26,612 nucleotides of DNA, taken from the IMG/VR virus record IMGVR_UViG_3300037786_000031, positions 1-26,612 of that record. One strand, given 5' to 3'. The position numbers and the translations under genes are program-made. The stretch comes from a virus. Lineage: Duplodnaviria; Caudoviricetes. Below, piece after piece: positions 17,257 to 26,612 of this stretch. Below the pieces are notes generated by a model that was not told the origin of the DNA, did no database searches, and saw nothing but the letters and a program-made list of their open reading frames with translations. The first letter of the stretch is position 1; each line of letters opens with the position of its first letter.

Positions 17257-17319
17257 TCAATCTATTTTTTCTCCCTTACGGGCATTAGAATTAGGCAAGG
17301 GAAATGAGAGGTTATTATA

Positions 17320-17961
17320 TTGAAAACTCTTGAATTATCTTTGTCGGGTGTTGATATTCAAATTAGCGTAGTGGCAGCTGAAAAAGATATTCACATCACG
17401 AGACCAGTATTCGGAATCCCAATTTCATTTATTCACGAGGCTGGTGTTCATCCCACAATAAAAAACCCCTCAAAATTCATTGCCAAATGCAAAATTAATA
17501 GTACAGACTTTCTTTCTGTAATCGGTACTTCGAGTTTTAGTCTCGTACAGAACTGGCTTAATTTATACCACAATTCAAATCCGGAATCTGATTATCTACC
17601 GATACATCAACATATGGGCGAACTGAATGGTCATTCATTAAGCAAATGCTACTTTTTCAATTGGCTATTTGGAAGTAAGTTTTTGAGCTTGACTGAAACT
17701 GAGTTTCGAAAAGTTTCGAGTCGCTATTGTGAAGACCTTCCTTGGCATGATTTTAATTTGCACTTTGTAAATTTAAATTCAGGCAAGAGTCTTTGGGTCT
17801 GGCTGGGTAAGGAATATGGTAACAATTTTGTATCCAGAAAGGATATGCGTAAATTAGCGTCTAAACACCTTTGGAAACCATCAGAAGGTTTGCAGTTTGC
17901 AAACGATATGAAAGCATTCATGAATACCTATCCGAGTATCTTTGGCAAGGTCTTACCGTAG
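17320..17961 (+). CDS. Hypothetical protein
   Basis: 213-aa ORF with a TTG start after GAGG. No recognised motif. Confidence 0.55.
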   Translation: MKTLELSLSGVDIQISVVAAEKDIHITRPVFGIPISFIHEAGVHPTIKNPSKFIAKCKINSTDFLSVIGTSSFSLVQNWLNLYHNSNPESDYLPIHQHMGELNGHSLSKCYFFNWLFGSKFLSLTETEFRKVSSRYCEDLPWHDFNLHFVNLNSGKSLWVWLGKEYGNNFVSRKDMRKLASKHLWKPSEGLQFANDMKAFMNTYPSIFGKVLP

Positions 17962-18082
17962 TCATCTATTTCGGAATCACTGATTGAGGCAGTATATCAA
18001 TTGAGCGGCAAGGCTTGCGTGAAACCTACCTGGGGTATGGCAACGAAGGTGAACATGGCTATGTAATGGCTGACAAGAGAAT

Positions 18083-18949
18083 CTATTTTACACAAGAATT
18101 ACTTTCACATCTAAACCCTACCGGACAATCCAAAGAAGAATCGCAGCTTGAATCAAATCTTACACCAATAGATTCTGGGTCAGGTAATGTGAAAGTCGGG
18201 GCTCCATATTTATTGACTTTTTGAGCGCAATAACCGTGACTTTCGTATTGGTCTTTTACACACTTTTCTCCATACGAACAGTCGTAATCAGAAGAACAAC
18301 CTGAGTTATAAACATTAAATTTAGACTCAGATCCCGCATTATTGGTGCTCTTTAGCGAATTTATAACCCTGTCCCATTCTGCTTCCCGACGTTTTTGTTT
18401 TCTGCGTTTGGCTATTATTTCTTGTGATCTTATCATTTTGATATCAATCTTGACAGTCTTCATGCAAGTCTTCACTTGACCCACGAAATCTTTAACTAGC
18501 GCGGATTCCAGGCTTCTACATAATTTGGCTTCACGAAGATGCGCAGCTCTTGCTTCTTTGTCTGATAGATTGCGTAGTTCTTCGTACTTATCTCTATTTG
18601 AGAAACCTTCATTTAGCGCGCTAAGGCACTTATTGACAAGAGGTTTCTTGCATTCCACAAAGCCTTCATTCTTCATTCGTTCGAATTTGTTGGGGTGATT
18701 GCTTGCTAGGCACTGGTTATAATCAAGCGTTTTACTTGATTGACTAAGCTCGTTACAGTAAGCTTCTACTCGCATCATTTCGTAGTTCAATTTATATTTC
18801 TCTGAATATACCGCATCCCTAGCACAAGCGTAGAAGTTACTGCTATTTCTCGGATGTCCTGATTCAAAGCACATCTTTTCTGCTTTGTGAGGAGTAACAC
18901 AGTTAGAAGTGAGAATCAGTATGATCATTATGGAATTATGAACTCTCAT
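18083..18949 (-). CDS. Cysteine-rich putative lipoprotein
   Basis: Lipobox-like signal MRVHNSIMIILILTSN-C. The C-terminus has two C-x5-C-x5-C modules (CSSDYDCSYGEKC; CDSSLDCPVGFRC). Confidence 0.7.
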   Translation of the reverse strand: MRVHNSIMIILILTSNCVTPHKAEKMCFESGHPRNSSNFYACARDAVYSEKYKLNYEMMRVEAYCNELSQSSKTLDYNQCLASNHPNKFERMKNEGFVECKKPLVNKCLSALNEGFSNRDKYEELRNLSDKEARAAHLREAKLCRSLESALVKDFVGQVKTCMKTVKIDIKMIRSQEIIAKRRKQKRREAEWDRVINSLKSTNNAGSESKFNVYNSGCSSDYDCSYGEKCVKDQYESHGYCAQKVNKYGAPTFTLPDPESIGVRFDSSCDSSLDCPVGFRCESNSCVK

Positions 18950-19418
18950 ATATGCCCTCTGATAGCCGCATAGTCAACTAATCAGAAGACAGATCACTCA
19001 GGTTTAGAGGATACTATTTTCATCAAGGATATTACGCCTCTAGTATATTATATTTTTTGGTATAAACCAGGATTAACTCGCAAAAGACTAGAGTGCCACA
19101 GCCAAGAAGCCATTGCGCTTGATTGAGTGAAATATCCATTGTCTTCGGAAGATGACCAAGAAGAATGGCCGCAAATCGATGGCTGCCGAATTGCGATATG
19201 GTTAAAAATATCTAATAGTTATGTTGAAATTGGCAGACAAAAAACAGATGTTTCCAGATCACCTTAGGATAGATATCTATCCACTTGTGAGCCACACCGA
19301 AAACTCCGCTGTGTTCACGTTGGCTTCCATGTAAATCTATTGTATCCCTTAGTCTACAAGGTGTTGGTGGGTTTGATTTGTTCCAATCTTTTTGTCCCAA
19401 CTATACATGTAGTAGGAA

Positions 19419-19446
19419 AGCGGTTCGACTCCGCTTACCTCCACCA
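19419..19446 (+). mobile_element. att-like 3' fragment of tRNA-Ala (or tmRNA)
   Basis: AGCGG-TTCGACT-CCGCT T arm followed by TACCTCC-A-CCA. U at position 70 and discriminator A fit alanine identity. No upstream tRNA body. Confidence 0.75.
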
Positions 19447-19567
19447 GATCAATGAATTCGAACCGGTGTCTGTGTATTATCAATTTAAATTAAATTAACC
19501 ACCAATCGCGATTTGTGTATGAGCCTTCAACGATGTGGGCCGAGTGACGATTGGTCCTTATTGAGTT

Positions 19568-19939
19568 CTAGCTTGCCTTCAAGTAGGCATACAGCCCATC
19601 TGCTTCACTTTGATTTGTGTAGGTGTGAGTTGAGCCAAAGTGAAAACGCCAGTATTTTGCTCCGGGCTTAGGTGGAACAATCACAAAATCAGAGAGATTC
19701 GCATTGGCAATTCTCTTAAGAGCATCCGCCTTCGTATCGCCATGAAACGCCACCTTCCCTTGAAGCCCCTCAATATCAGTCAATTCCATAATTACGTATA
19801 CTTCGGGGTTTGGAGCTTCTGTGGTTTGGCCGTCAAGCTGGGCGGCGTTTGGGTTCTGTAATAACCATGTTTGGATCCATTTTTTGAAATCTGAAAATGA
19901 AGTAGCAGTTTTAATTATTGGCATTTTATTTCCTTTCAT
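19568..19939 (-). CDS. Hypothetical protein
   Basis: 123-aa ORF with globular composition. Alternative start at MPIIK after AAGGA. Confidence 0.6.
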   Translation of the reverse strand: MKGNKMPIIKTATSFSDFKKWIQTWLLQNPNAAQLDGQTTEAPNPEVYVIMELTDIEGLQGKVAFHGDTKADALKRIANANLSDFVIVPPKPGAKYWRFHFGSTHTYTNQSEADGLYAYLKAS

Positions 19940-20834
19940 TCCCTAGAGTACCAGTATTATAGCCTTTCTTACTGTTTTTAAAATCTTGCTCGAAGATTCA
20001 AATTACTATTCGGTTGGAGTTTTAATCCGTTAAGTAATATCCTGGCCAGATCTGGTAAATCTGCAAAAAAGTAAAGCTTGATCTGACGTCGAAGATCAAC
20101 ATTTGGATAAAAGTTGGACTTCGAAAAGCAGTCACTGTCATATCTCAGGTCTATGCCAGATCACTTTAGCGCTGCTGGAGGTACGTGTGATGAGGAGCTT
20201 TCGAATTGATTGTACCGATGATCGGTTTCCGTGAGTCCTCTTTACTCCTCGTATTGAGTATGGTGGTGGGACTGCTTCCCGCCTCAAGGTTGTTATTGGC
20301 GTGTTCAGGTAGGTGGGTATAGGTATGACAAGGCGGCAATCCCATGATCGGTTAGAGCGCACGCTTCATAAACCTGAGCTTCCATCGCCATTCTATGAAA
20401 CACACAAACTGCCGGGTGAGTAAATGGTTCATTGTTTAACGACCACAACATCATCGCAATGGGAACACAAATGCGGTACTCGAGTCCCGTGTTTCGAAAG
20501 CAGGCCCTTGGCACTTGTCATATCGTCTCCAAGCTCCCAGCCCCCCGCACATTCGGCGTCATTCGATGTCCGTGGACGATATCATGACCGCGATCTATAT
20601 TCCTTCAGGAGAAAGGAGATTTGCAATGGACTTTGAACAAGTAGTCGAGTCAATGGTTAGGCTTATGGGTAGGTATCCTAGCCTTTAATACGATAGTGAC
20701 TTCATATCTGTAGACGAATGGATTTGGAAAGATGCCGAAAAAGCTCATCGTCTGTGAGTTACCGAAAGCTCCGAAAAAGGGCGCATTTTTTCGAGTTTTT
20801 TTTAAGGGGCCAGAAGTGGCCCGATCTGTATAGG

Positions 20835-21215
20835 TCAGCAACCTAGCCAAAAAGTAAGGTCCTGCTCTCTCGTATCCAGATGAATAAAGTCAAGATATAT
20901 GCCTATGCCAGAAAAACCAAATCTCGTTGCAAAATTCAGCAACCGATACCTATCAGACGGCCTCCATCCCACAATCGAGATATCAGTCGCCTTTCCCAAA
21001 AAATGCTGCGAATTAGACACCGCTTGGCCATAGGCCACAAGCTTTTCATTATAGGCCAGACAACGATACCAAGAGGTCACAATCATTGGTTTTCCAAACT
21101 CAGCCCGTAAGGCTTGCAGCTTATCGATATGATCCTGATCGATCACAGGCTTACACTGCCCGCAAGGGCAGCAAAGCTCAGACCATGTGAAGTTTTTCGA
21201 AATCTTTTCTCTCAT
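20835..21215 (-). CDS. Peptidase M15A-family protein, probable phage endolysin
   Basis: SKNF...EL.CPCG, SWYRC..YN, SQH..GKATD (Zn ligands) and GIGIY..FIHLDTR. ATG at 21215 lies just after the collagen gene stop. Confidence 0.85.
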   Translation of the reverse strand: MREKISKNFTWSELCCPCGQCKPVIDQDHIDKLQALRAEFGKPMIVTSWYRCLAYNEKLVAYGQAVSNSQHFLGKATDISIVGWRPSDRYRLLNFATRFGFSGIGIYLDFIHLDTREQDLTFWLGC

Positions 21216-21216
21216 G

Positions 21217-22137
<921 letters not shown>

Positions 22138-22782
22138 TTAACTTTCTCGAATGAGGCCATTAGGAAAGATAGGATTTTGGCCCGTAAAACCTGGCTGGTT
22201 TGCTTCAAAGCCAAAGAGTCTCACACCGTTTAAAAGAAGATATTTACCGTTCAATCCGCCATAGAAGGCATGTTGGCCCTGCGCCGGGATACTATCGAAA
22301 CCAAATCGGCCGCCTACAAACGTAATTCTAGGAGCGTTAATATCAAACAATGAGGTATTCAATTCAGCCGTTTTTCCAGTAACAGTCACTCCTGGCCAAA
22401 AATTCAGCTCAATGTCTGGTTTCGAAATATATATCGTTTCACTAAGCGTCTGATTCGACTTAACCAGTATTCGGCTACCGGATTCAGCTCCTTCAAGAGC
22501 TTCTTTAAGCGAACGAATTTCTCCAAACCCATTGCCAACGATAAGATCCGGACTCGATTTATTGGTTAAGGCGGCAATGGCCTTTTTGACTTGCTCTGGA
22601 TCATCATCTGATGGTTCAATGCCAGCTGCTTCAACGAGATGAATAAGCTCATCAGTCAAAAGGTTCATAAACCTGGCGGTCAGCCTAGTTGGAGGATATC
22701 CGCTAGGTCCCGTCATTCCTTCTGTAAAAACTCTTTTGGAATTTTCGAGGATGGCTCCCTCGCTTTCTAAGGGTCTATCCAT
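22138..22782 (-). CDS. Short Mu-like tail fibre protein
   Basis: N-terminus FTEG...PPTRLTARFMN..TDELIHLVEAAGIEPS....QV.KAI is typical of fibre baseplate anchors. ATG at 22782 overlaps the end of gp48. Confidence 0.75.
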   Translation of the reverse strand: MDRPLESEGAILENSKRVFTEGMTGPSGYPPTRLTARFMNLLTDELIHLVEAAGIEPSDDDPEQVKKAIAALTNKSSPDLIVGNGFGEIRSLKEALEGAESGSRILVKSNQTLSETIYISKPDIELNFWPGVTVTGKTAELNTSLFDINAPRITFVGGRFGFDSIPAQGQHAFYGGLNGKYLLLNGVRLFGFEANQPGFTGQNPIFPNGLIRES

Positions 22783-23215
22783 TGAGGCTCCTATATTCAA
22801 AATGTAAATGGGCGGGTTTAAGCTGTTTGACGACCGATTTGGCCTCATCGAGTCGATCTTGTCTAATACCGTCCACAAAGATGACAAAGGACCAATCCTC
22901 GCCAGCCAGATGTGCTCCAATTGGCAAGCCAACCCGAGAAGGTTCAAGCTGATAAATGGTAACCTGGTAGTTCGAAAATCTTTCTAGGATATCTCGATAT
23001 GACCTAGAAGTTTGATCTGATATCGCATAGCCCATTCCTACAAATTTCGTAAATTCCTTTACGAAATCATTTCGCAGCCGTCGAGTGACATACCGCTCAA
23101 GTCTTTCAATGGATTGCGAGAGACCGCTAAGAAGGCGGCCAAGATCATCTGACTGCCAAATTTTACCTGGCGGCATAAGGCTTTTAAGAGCCGTTTCGTA
23201 TTTACCTAGACCCAT
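22775..23215 (-). CDS. Baseplate wedge protein, Mu gp48/YmfQ (DUF2313)-like
   Basis: Y..ALKSLMPPGKIW start and KPAHL.F.Y end; lies directly after gp47. Confidence 0.75.
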   Translation of the reverse strand: MGLGKYETALKSLMPPGKIWQSDDLGRLLSGLSQSIERLERYVTRRLRNDFVKEFTKFVGMGYAISDQTSRSYRDILERFSNYQVTIYQLEPSRVGLPIGAHLAGEDWSFVIFVDGIRQDRLDEAKSVVKQLKPAHLHFEYRSLNG

Positions 23216-24279
23216 GTTATGCCCTTAAAGACTGCGATTTGACCTTTGACAACATGAATATTCTGCGTTGGCGAGATGAGCTCATGATCCTGCTCGCCTT
23301 CAGTTGTCGATATGGTTTCTCTGATCTTTGAAATGAGGATCTCCCCGGTGTGGGGCCTGCCGTCTCCGACCTGGGATGTGCGATAGAAGAAATCGAGCAT
23401 TTCCTGCTCGATACGATAACGCAGATCCGGCGTATCCGGGTTGATTTTAAGGGTGAGCCTTACTTCGTATTCGGCCGGGATGAAAGCTTTAACGCGTGCT
23501 CCGATAGGGGCCTTAGATTTGAGATGAGCTTCCAGTTCCCGGAATTTAGAAGAATTTGCCTGCGGAATGATGTCATTTTGACTATCGAGAACAAAGGTCA
23601 CTCCAATCTGATTGATAACACCTTGGTATTCTGGAAAAGCCCAGGCTCTGGTTATACCCGATATTTGCTTAGCCCAGATGATATAATCGTTCCTTGAGCC
23701 ACCGCGCGGTGGATTTCTTATCCGTTCAAGAAATCTGGAGCGAAGGCTTAAATCAGATTCTTCATCAGCACCACCAGTAAGACCTGTGCCACTGACTTGA
23801 ACGGCTGAATCAAGCCCCTCGATAGGAGTGACCAGAGTAAGGGCTGTTTCAGGGATCAGATTGTAGGATCTTCCCTTTCCCAATGATCTCACGTCAACAG
23901 AGACAGCGTTGCCGCTAATCTTTTTGGAACTAAAGGTCCTAAATTGCTGACCTGCTTCGTCTTGGATCACGAGGTCTTTGGGGACGAGTGTGCCCGTGTT
24001 TCCTTTGATAACCACCAAGCCGGAACTATTTGACGCTGGTTTTCGAAAGACACCGAAAATAGCACACCAACGCTCCAGGACCTCTTTCCTGGCTGAATCA
24101 GGTAGAAGGCTAGCAGCAAGTCTGTCAGCGTAGCTATAGATCGAAAAAAGCACAGCGGCTAACGCTTTAGCGATAACATTTATGACCGAGAAACGATGCC
24201 TCTTTATGATTCCGAGAGCATTTGTGACGTCTTCTCTGATTTCGTCATAAATATCTTCTAATGTAGGTTTTGCGATCAT
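23206..24279 (-). CDS. Baseplate J / Mu gp47-like protein
   Basis: PTL..I, LLPDSA..E.LERW, GGADEESD..LR.R.LER.RNPPRGGS..DY..WA....GITRAW. Confidence 0.92.
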   Translation of the reverse strand: MIAKPTLEDIYDEIREDVTNALGIIKRHRFSVINVIAKALAAVLFSIYSYADRLAASLLPDSARKEVLERWCAIFGVFRKPASNSSGLVVIKGNTGTLVPKDLVIQDEAGQQFRTFSSKKISGNAVSVDVRSLGKGRSYNLIPETALTLVTPIEGLDSAVQVSGTGLTGGADEESDLSLRSRFLERIRNPPRGGSRNDYIIWAKQISGITRAWAFPEYQGVINQIGVTFVLDSQNDIIPQANSSKFRELEAHLKSKAPIGARVKAFIPAEYEVRLTLKINPDTPDLRYRIEQEMLDFFYRTSQVGDGRPHTGEILISKIRETISTTEGEQDHELISPTQNIHVVKGQIAVFKGITWV

Positions 24280-24610
24280 AGTTTATCCGAACGCCAATTG
24301 TATCAATATCTAGGATTAACTGATCATCTTCATAAAAAGCTGTGACTGAGATCTCTTTGGTAAGGCCATCTTGAATAAGCCAGGATAGGGCTTCCCCGGC
24401 GTATTGCTCAGCCTGGGCTAGAATTGCCGGCGTTTTCCGGCTTCGATCAAGAAGCCACAGTTTTGAGCCTAACTCGTCATCCCCCCAATAGCCTCTTTTC
24501 TCACCGTCCGTCTCATCTTCATTTGCCCTTTTGTCAGTAAATAGACTGATCAATATCGGGGTGATAAGAGAATCGTCTGTGAGGCTTATGTCTAAAATGG
24601 AAACGTCTAT
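24245..24610 (-). CDS. Mu gp46-like baseplate protein; start codon uncertain
   Basis: ILISLFTDKRA...RGYWGD..LGSKLWLL.R.......AEQYA.EAL.WL..DG. The gp46-like region starts near 24610, not at 24742. Confidence 0.85.
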   Translation of the reverse strand: MDVSILDISLTDDSLITPILISLFTDKRANEDETDGEKRGYWGDDELGSKLWLLDRSRKTPAILAQAEQYAGEALSWLIQDGLTKEISVTAFYEDDQLILDIDTIGVRINYDRKTYIRRYL

Positions 24611-24822
24611 TGTATTTTTCCTGGTGCAATGGTTTTGCCCGCTTGCGCTGCAGCAGAACCTGTTGTTTCTACCGGAATGCCCGCCGAAACTTGGCCCCTT
24701 GAAGTGATATGGTCTACAATGGCCTTTGCCACTGCGCCCCAAAGCTTAGCATGATCGTTTTGATCGTCAATGCGATCGATTGCAGATCTGATATCTTCTC
24801 CAAGAGATTTGCCATCCATCAT
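24607..24822 (-). CDS. Small conserved-looking phage protein downstream of the spike gene
   Basis: 71 aa, ATGA overlap with gp45; an amphipathic helix followed by GIPVETTGSAAAQAGKT. Confidence 0.6.
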   Translation of the reverse strand: MMDGKSLGEDIRSAIDRIDDQNDHAKLWGAVAKAIVDHITSRGQVSAGIPVETTGSAAAQAGKTIAPGKIQ

Positions 24823-25391
24823 TTTTTGAAACTTTCCATTTTAGATTTGAGCGAGGGAAACCCCGCACCAATGAGCTTCATGGGGCCCAACATCGTCGAT
24901 GTCGTTGCCTTTATGACTTCATCCATCCAATTAATAAGGATCTGAGTCATGTCGTTTACGCCATCTGTGACCTTGAATTTTTTGGTATTAATAACGCAAT
25001 CTTCGGTATTTAGTTCAAATGACTTGGTTTGGATTTTGACCTTATTCCCCCTATGAAAGACAATCGAATCACCCTCGTCAGAATAGATTGCTACCTCGCC
25101 TGGTTTTAATGACTTTAGCCGAAACCTTTGGTCATCGACGCATATCACAACGCCATTATTACGATTTCCTCCGTTGAAAACAGCCACAGCCTGAGCTCCA
25201 GGATGAGGGTTGGAGGTAAATCCATAGTTTTGAAACCGGCTGATTTTGTCTTTAATCTCGCCTTTTAAAATGGAGAGCTGTAGCCTTTGAATCCCTTGAT
25301 CGTCATCAATAGCTGTAACGACGGCTCGTCCAAGGATCAAAAGAAGCCTTTTTCTTATGGGTTGAATAAGCTTTGAGAGTTCTCTCATCAA
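24819..25391 (-). CDS. Baseplate spike protein V / Mu gp45-like
   Basis: Q.LQ....GE......RFQNYGFTS.P..GA.AV..F.GGNR..GVVI.VDD.RFR...LKPGEVAIYSDEGD. Confidence 0.92.
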   Translation of the reverse strand: MMRELSKLIQPIRKRLLLILGRAVVTAIDDDQGIQRLQLSILKGEIKDKISRFQNYGFTSNPHPGAQAVAVFNGGNRNNGVVICVDDQRFRLKSLKPGEVAIYSDEGDSIVFHRGNKVKIQTKSFELNTEDCVINTKKFKVTDGVNDMTQILINWMDEVIKATTSTMLGPMKLIGAGFPSLKSKMESFKK

Positions 25392-26422
25392 AGATCACCT
25401 TGAATCATAGTTTTAGGGATAAAAGCGCCAACTCGAGTTAGCTCAATGGTAGTAAGCATTCCCTTTTTCTTATCAAAGCTAAAATCCACGCCACTTGCGA
25501 GCATGTAGGCATCGATTCCTAGCGAGGGAGACTTAACCTTGATAAGTTCGTTAACATCCCAAAGGGCGCCGTCAGTTTTAGTCCAGCCGGGAGTCTCAAT
25601 TGAAACCAAAATCGATCTGGCCGCACTGACTGTGTTTTCCCAAGCGGCCAGCGCACTGGCTTGCTCCCGGTTTACGGAGGTATGAGCAAGCGTTAGTTTG
25701 GGACGGTAACGTCTAATCACTTTATCGCTAGCAGTGCCTTCAATGTTTTCGCCACCTTCATCTGTCTCAGTGGCTAACATGTTCTGGCCGCGCACGATGT
25801 AGTCTGAGAAACGATCGGTATGATCATAGCTTACATTGGCAGATTTGATGTTTTGGCCTTCAATCAATGAAGTTGTTGAGGTCTTTTCGGCAATTTTTAC
25901 GATCTTGAGATTTCCAAGACCATCCGGTCTAAATAAAACCCCCTTTAGTCTGGCGGCTCTTTCCAGAGCGTCAAATACAGTCTCACCCGGGTCGATCTTA
26001 AATGAGGGTATAGGTGTTGGATCACCGCCTGGTTTTACGGGAATATCGAATGGCCGACATAGGGCCTGGGCGATTTGGGTAAGCGATTGATTTAAAAACT
26101 CATCGCCCTCTAAAACGACAGAGCAGTCCACCAAATCGCCCGTATTGTCCCGGCCAGAGATCGATATCCGATGACCTTCTAATGAAAAATTCGTCTCTAG
26201 CGCGTCAATATAACCAGATATCAAATATTGACTAGAAAGTGACAGGGCGGCTCTATCTCCAATATCTATTGGAAAACTGAACAGATCGGGACTGCTCGAG
26301 CTTACAAGCGACAGGCTGAAACTATTTGCAATGGTGTCTAGCCTCTTTGCGACTGCTACATCTGTCCAATAGGGAAAAACGTTGCGACCAATTCTCAAAA
26401 CTGCACTATTTGACGTACTCAA
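25388..26422 (-). CDS. Baseplate hub / Mu gp44 (P)-like protein
   Basis: GYID...SGRD.TGDLVDCS, PGETVFDALERAAR, L.EGQNIKSA...D...RFSDY.V.GQ and RYRP. Confidence 0.92.
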   Translation of the reverse strand: MSTSNSAVLRIGRNVFPYWTDVAVAKRLDTIANSFSLSLVSSSSPDLFSFPIDIGDRAALSLSSQYLISGYIDALETNFSLEGHRISISGRDNTGDLVDCSVVLEGDEFLNQSLTQIAQALCRPFDIPVKPGGDPTPIPSFKIDPGETVFDALERAARLKGVLFRPDGLGNLKIVKIAEKTSTTSLIEGQNIKSANVSYDHTDRFSDYIVRGQNMLATETDEGGENIEGTASDKVIRRYRPKLTLAHTSVNREQASALAAWENTVSAARSILVSIETPGWTKTDGALWDVNELIKVKSPSLGIDAYMLASGVDFSFDKKKGMLTTIELTRVGAFIPKTMIQGDL

Positions 26423-26486
26423 TAGTCGTTCCAGTCGGGATTAAGGCGGGGTTATCGATAGCGTTGCGGCTTATAAGATCACCAGC
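26406..26486 (-). pseudogene. C-terminal stub of a Mu gp43-like (DNA circularisation/N) gene, cut off by the IS end
   Basis: AGDLISRNAIDNPALIPTGTTIEYVK* matches the gp43 C-terminal RN.I.(H/N)P..IP.G pattern and overlaps the gp44 start. Confidence 0.7.
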
Positions 26487-26612
26487 TGCCCGTTGGCGGG
26501 AAAACAGGACCACCAGTTGGCGAAAACTGAGCCACCCTCTTGGCGAAAAGCTGAGCCACCTTGTGGCAAGCAATTGAACCGCCTTCTGGCAGCTTGAGCG
26601 CCACTCCGAAGA
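26487..26612 (+). mobile_element. Terminus of an IS21-family-like insertion sequence
   Basis: Begins TG, then three related repeats: TTGGCGGGAAAACAGGACCACC (26493), TTGGCGAAAACTGAGCCACC (26517) and TTGGCGAAAAGCTGAGCCACC (26540). Multiple terminal repeats of this kind characterise IS21 ends. No transposase in the window. Confidence 0.7.

Noticed and set aside
20138-20850. Short ORFs downstream of the endolysin, considered as holin or spanin
   Set aside because: No convincing TM segment or lipobox, and the ORFs overlap on both strands.
22783-22947. N-terminal extension of the fibre ORF
   Set aside because: It overlaps gp48, and fibre-like sequence starts at ATG 22782.
26493-26560. CRISPR or iteron interpretation of the three repeats
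   Set aside because: Spacers are only 2-3 nt, there are no cas genes, and the layout fits an IS21-like end.

Overview
An accessory, mobile-element-rich window with no core housekeeping genes. Left edge: end of a nucleoside 2-deoxyribosyltransferase (NDT)-like gene, then an integration junction with tandem arm-like repeats, a hairpin and a displaced 3' half of tRNA-Ile(GAU) at 619-663 (- strand). About 0.7-19.4 kb is a decaying integrative element or defence island. It carries an HTH_36 replication initiator coupled to a membrane protein whose gene is densely seeded with CTGAAAA/TTTTCAG motifs, and a res-mod-UvrD operon (type III-like RM with a RelE-like/UvrD helicase). These are followed by tyrosine recombinase and DUF2779 relics, GmrSD, an HNH nuclease, a KfrA_N pseudogene with a palindromic operator and a Cys-rich lipoprotein. 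A second tRNA 3' fragment (Ala-type, + strand) lies at 19419-19446. From 20.8 kb to the end, on the - strand, is the distal part of a Mu-like contractile tail module: gp43 end, gp44, gp45, a small ORF, gp46, gp47, gp48 and a short fibre, then a secreted collagen-like protein and an M15 peptidase. An IS21-like end interrupts gp43 at the right edge. All calls come from motif recognition by eye; no database searches were run.
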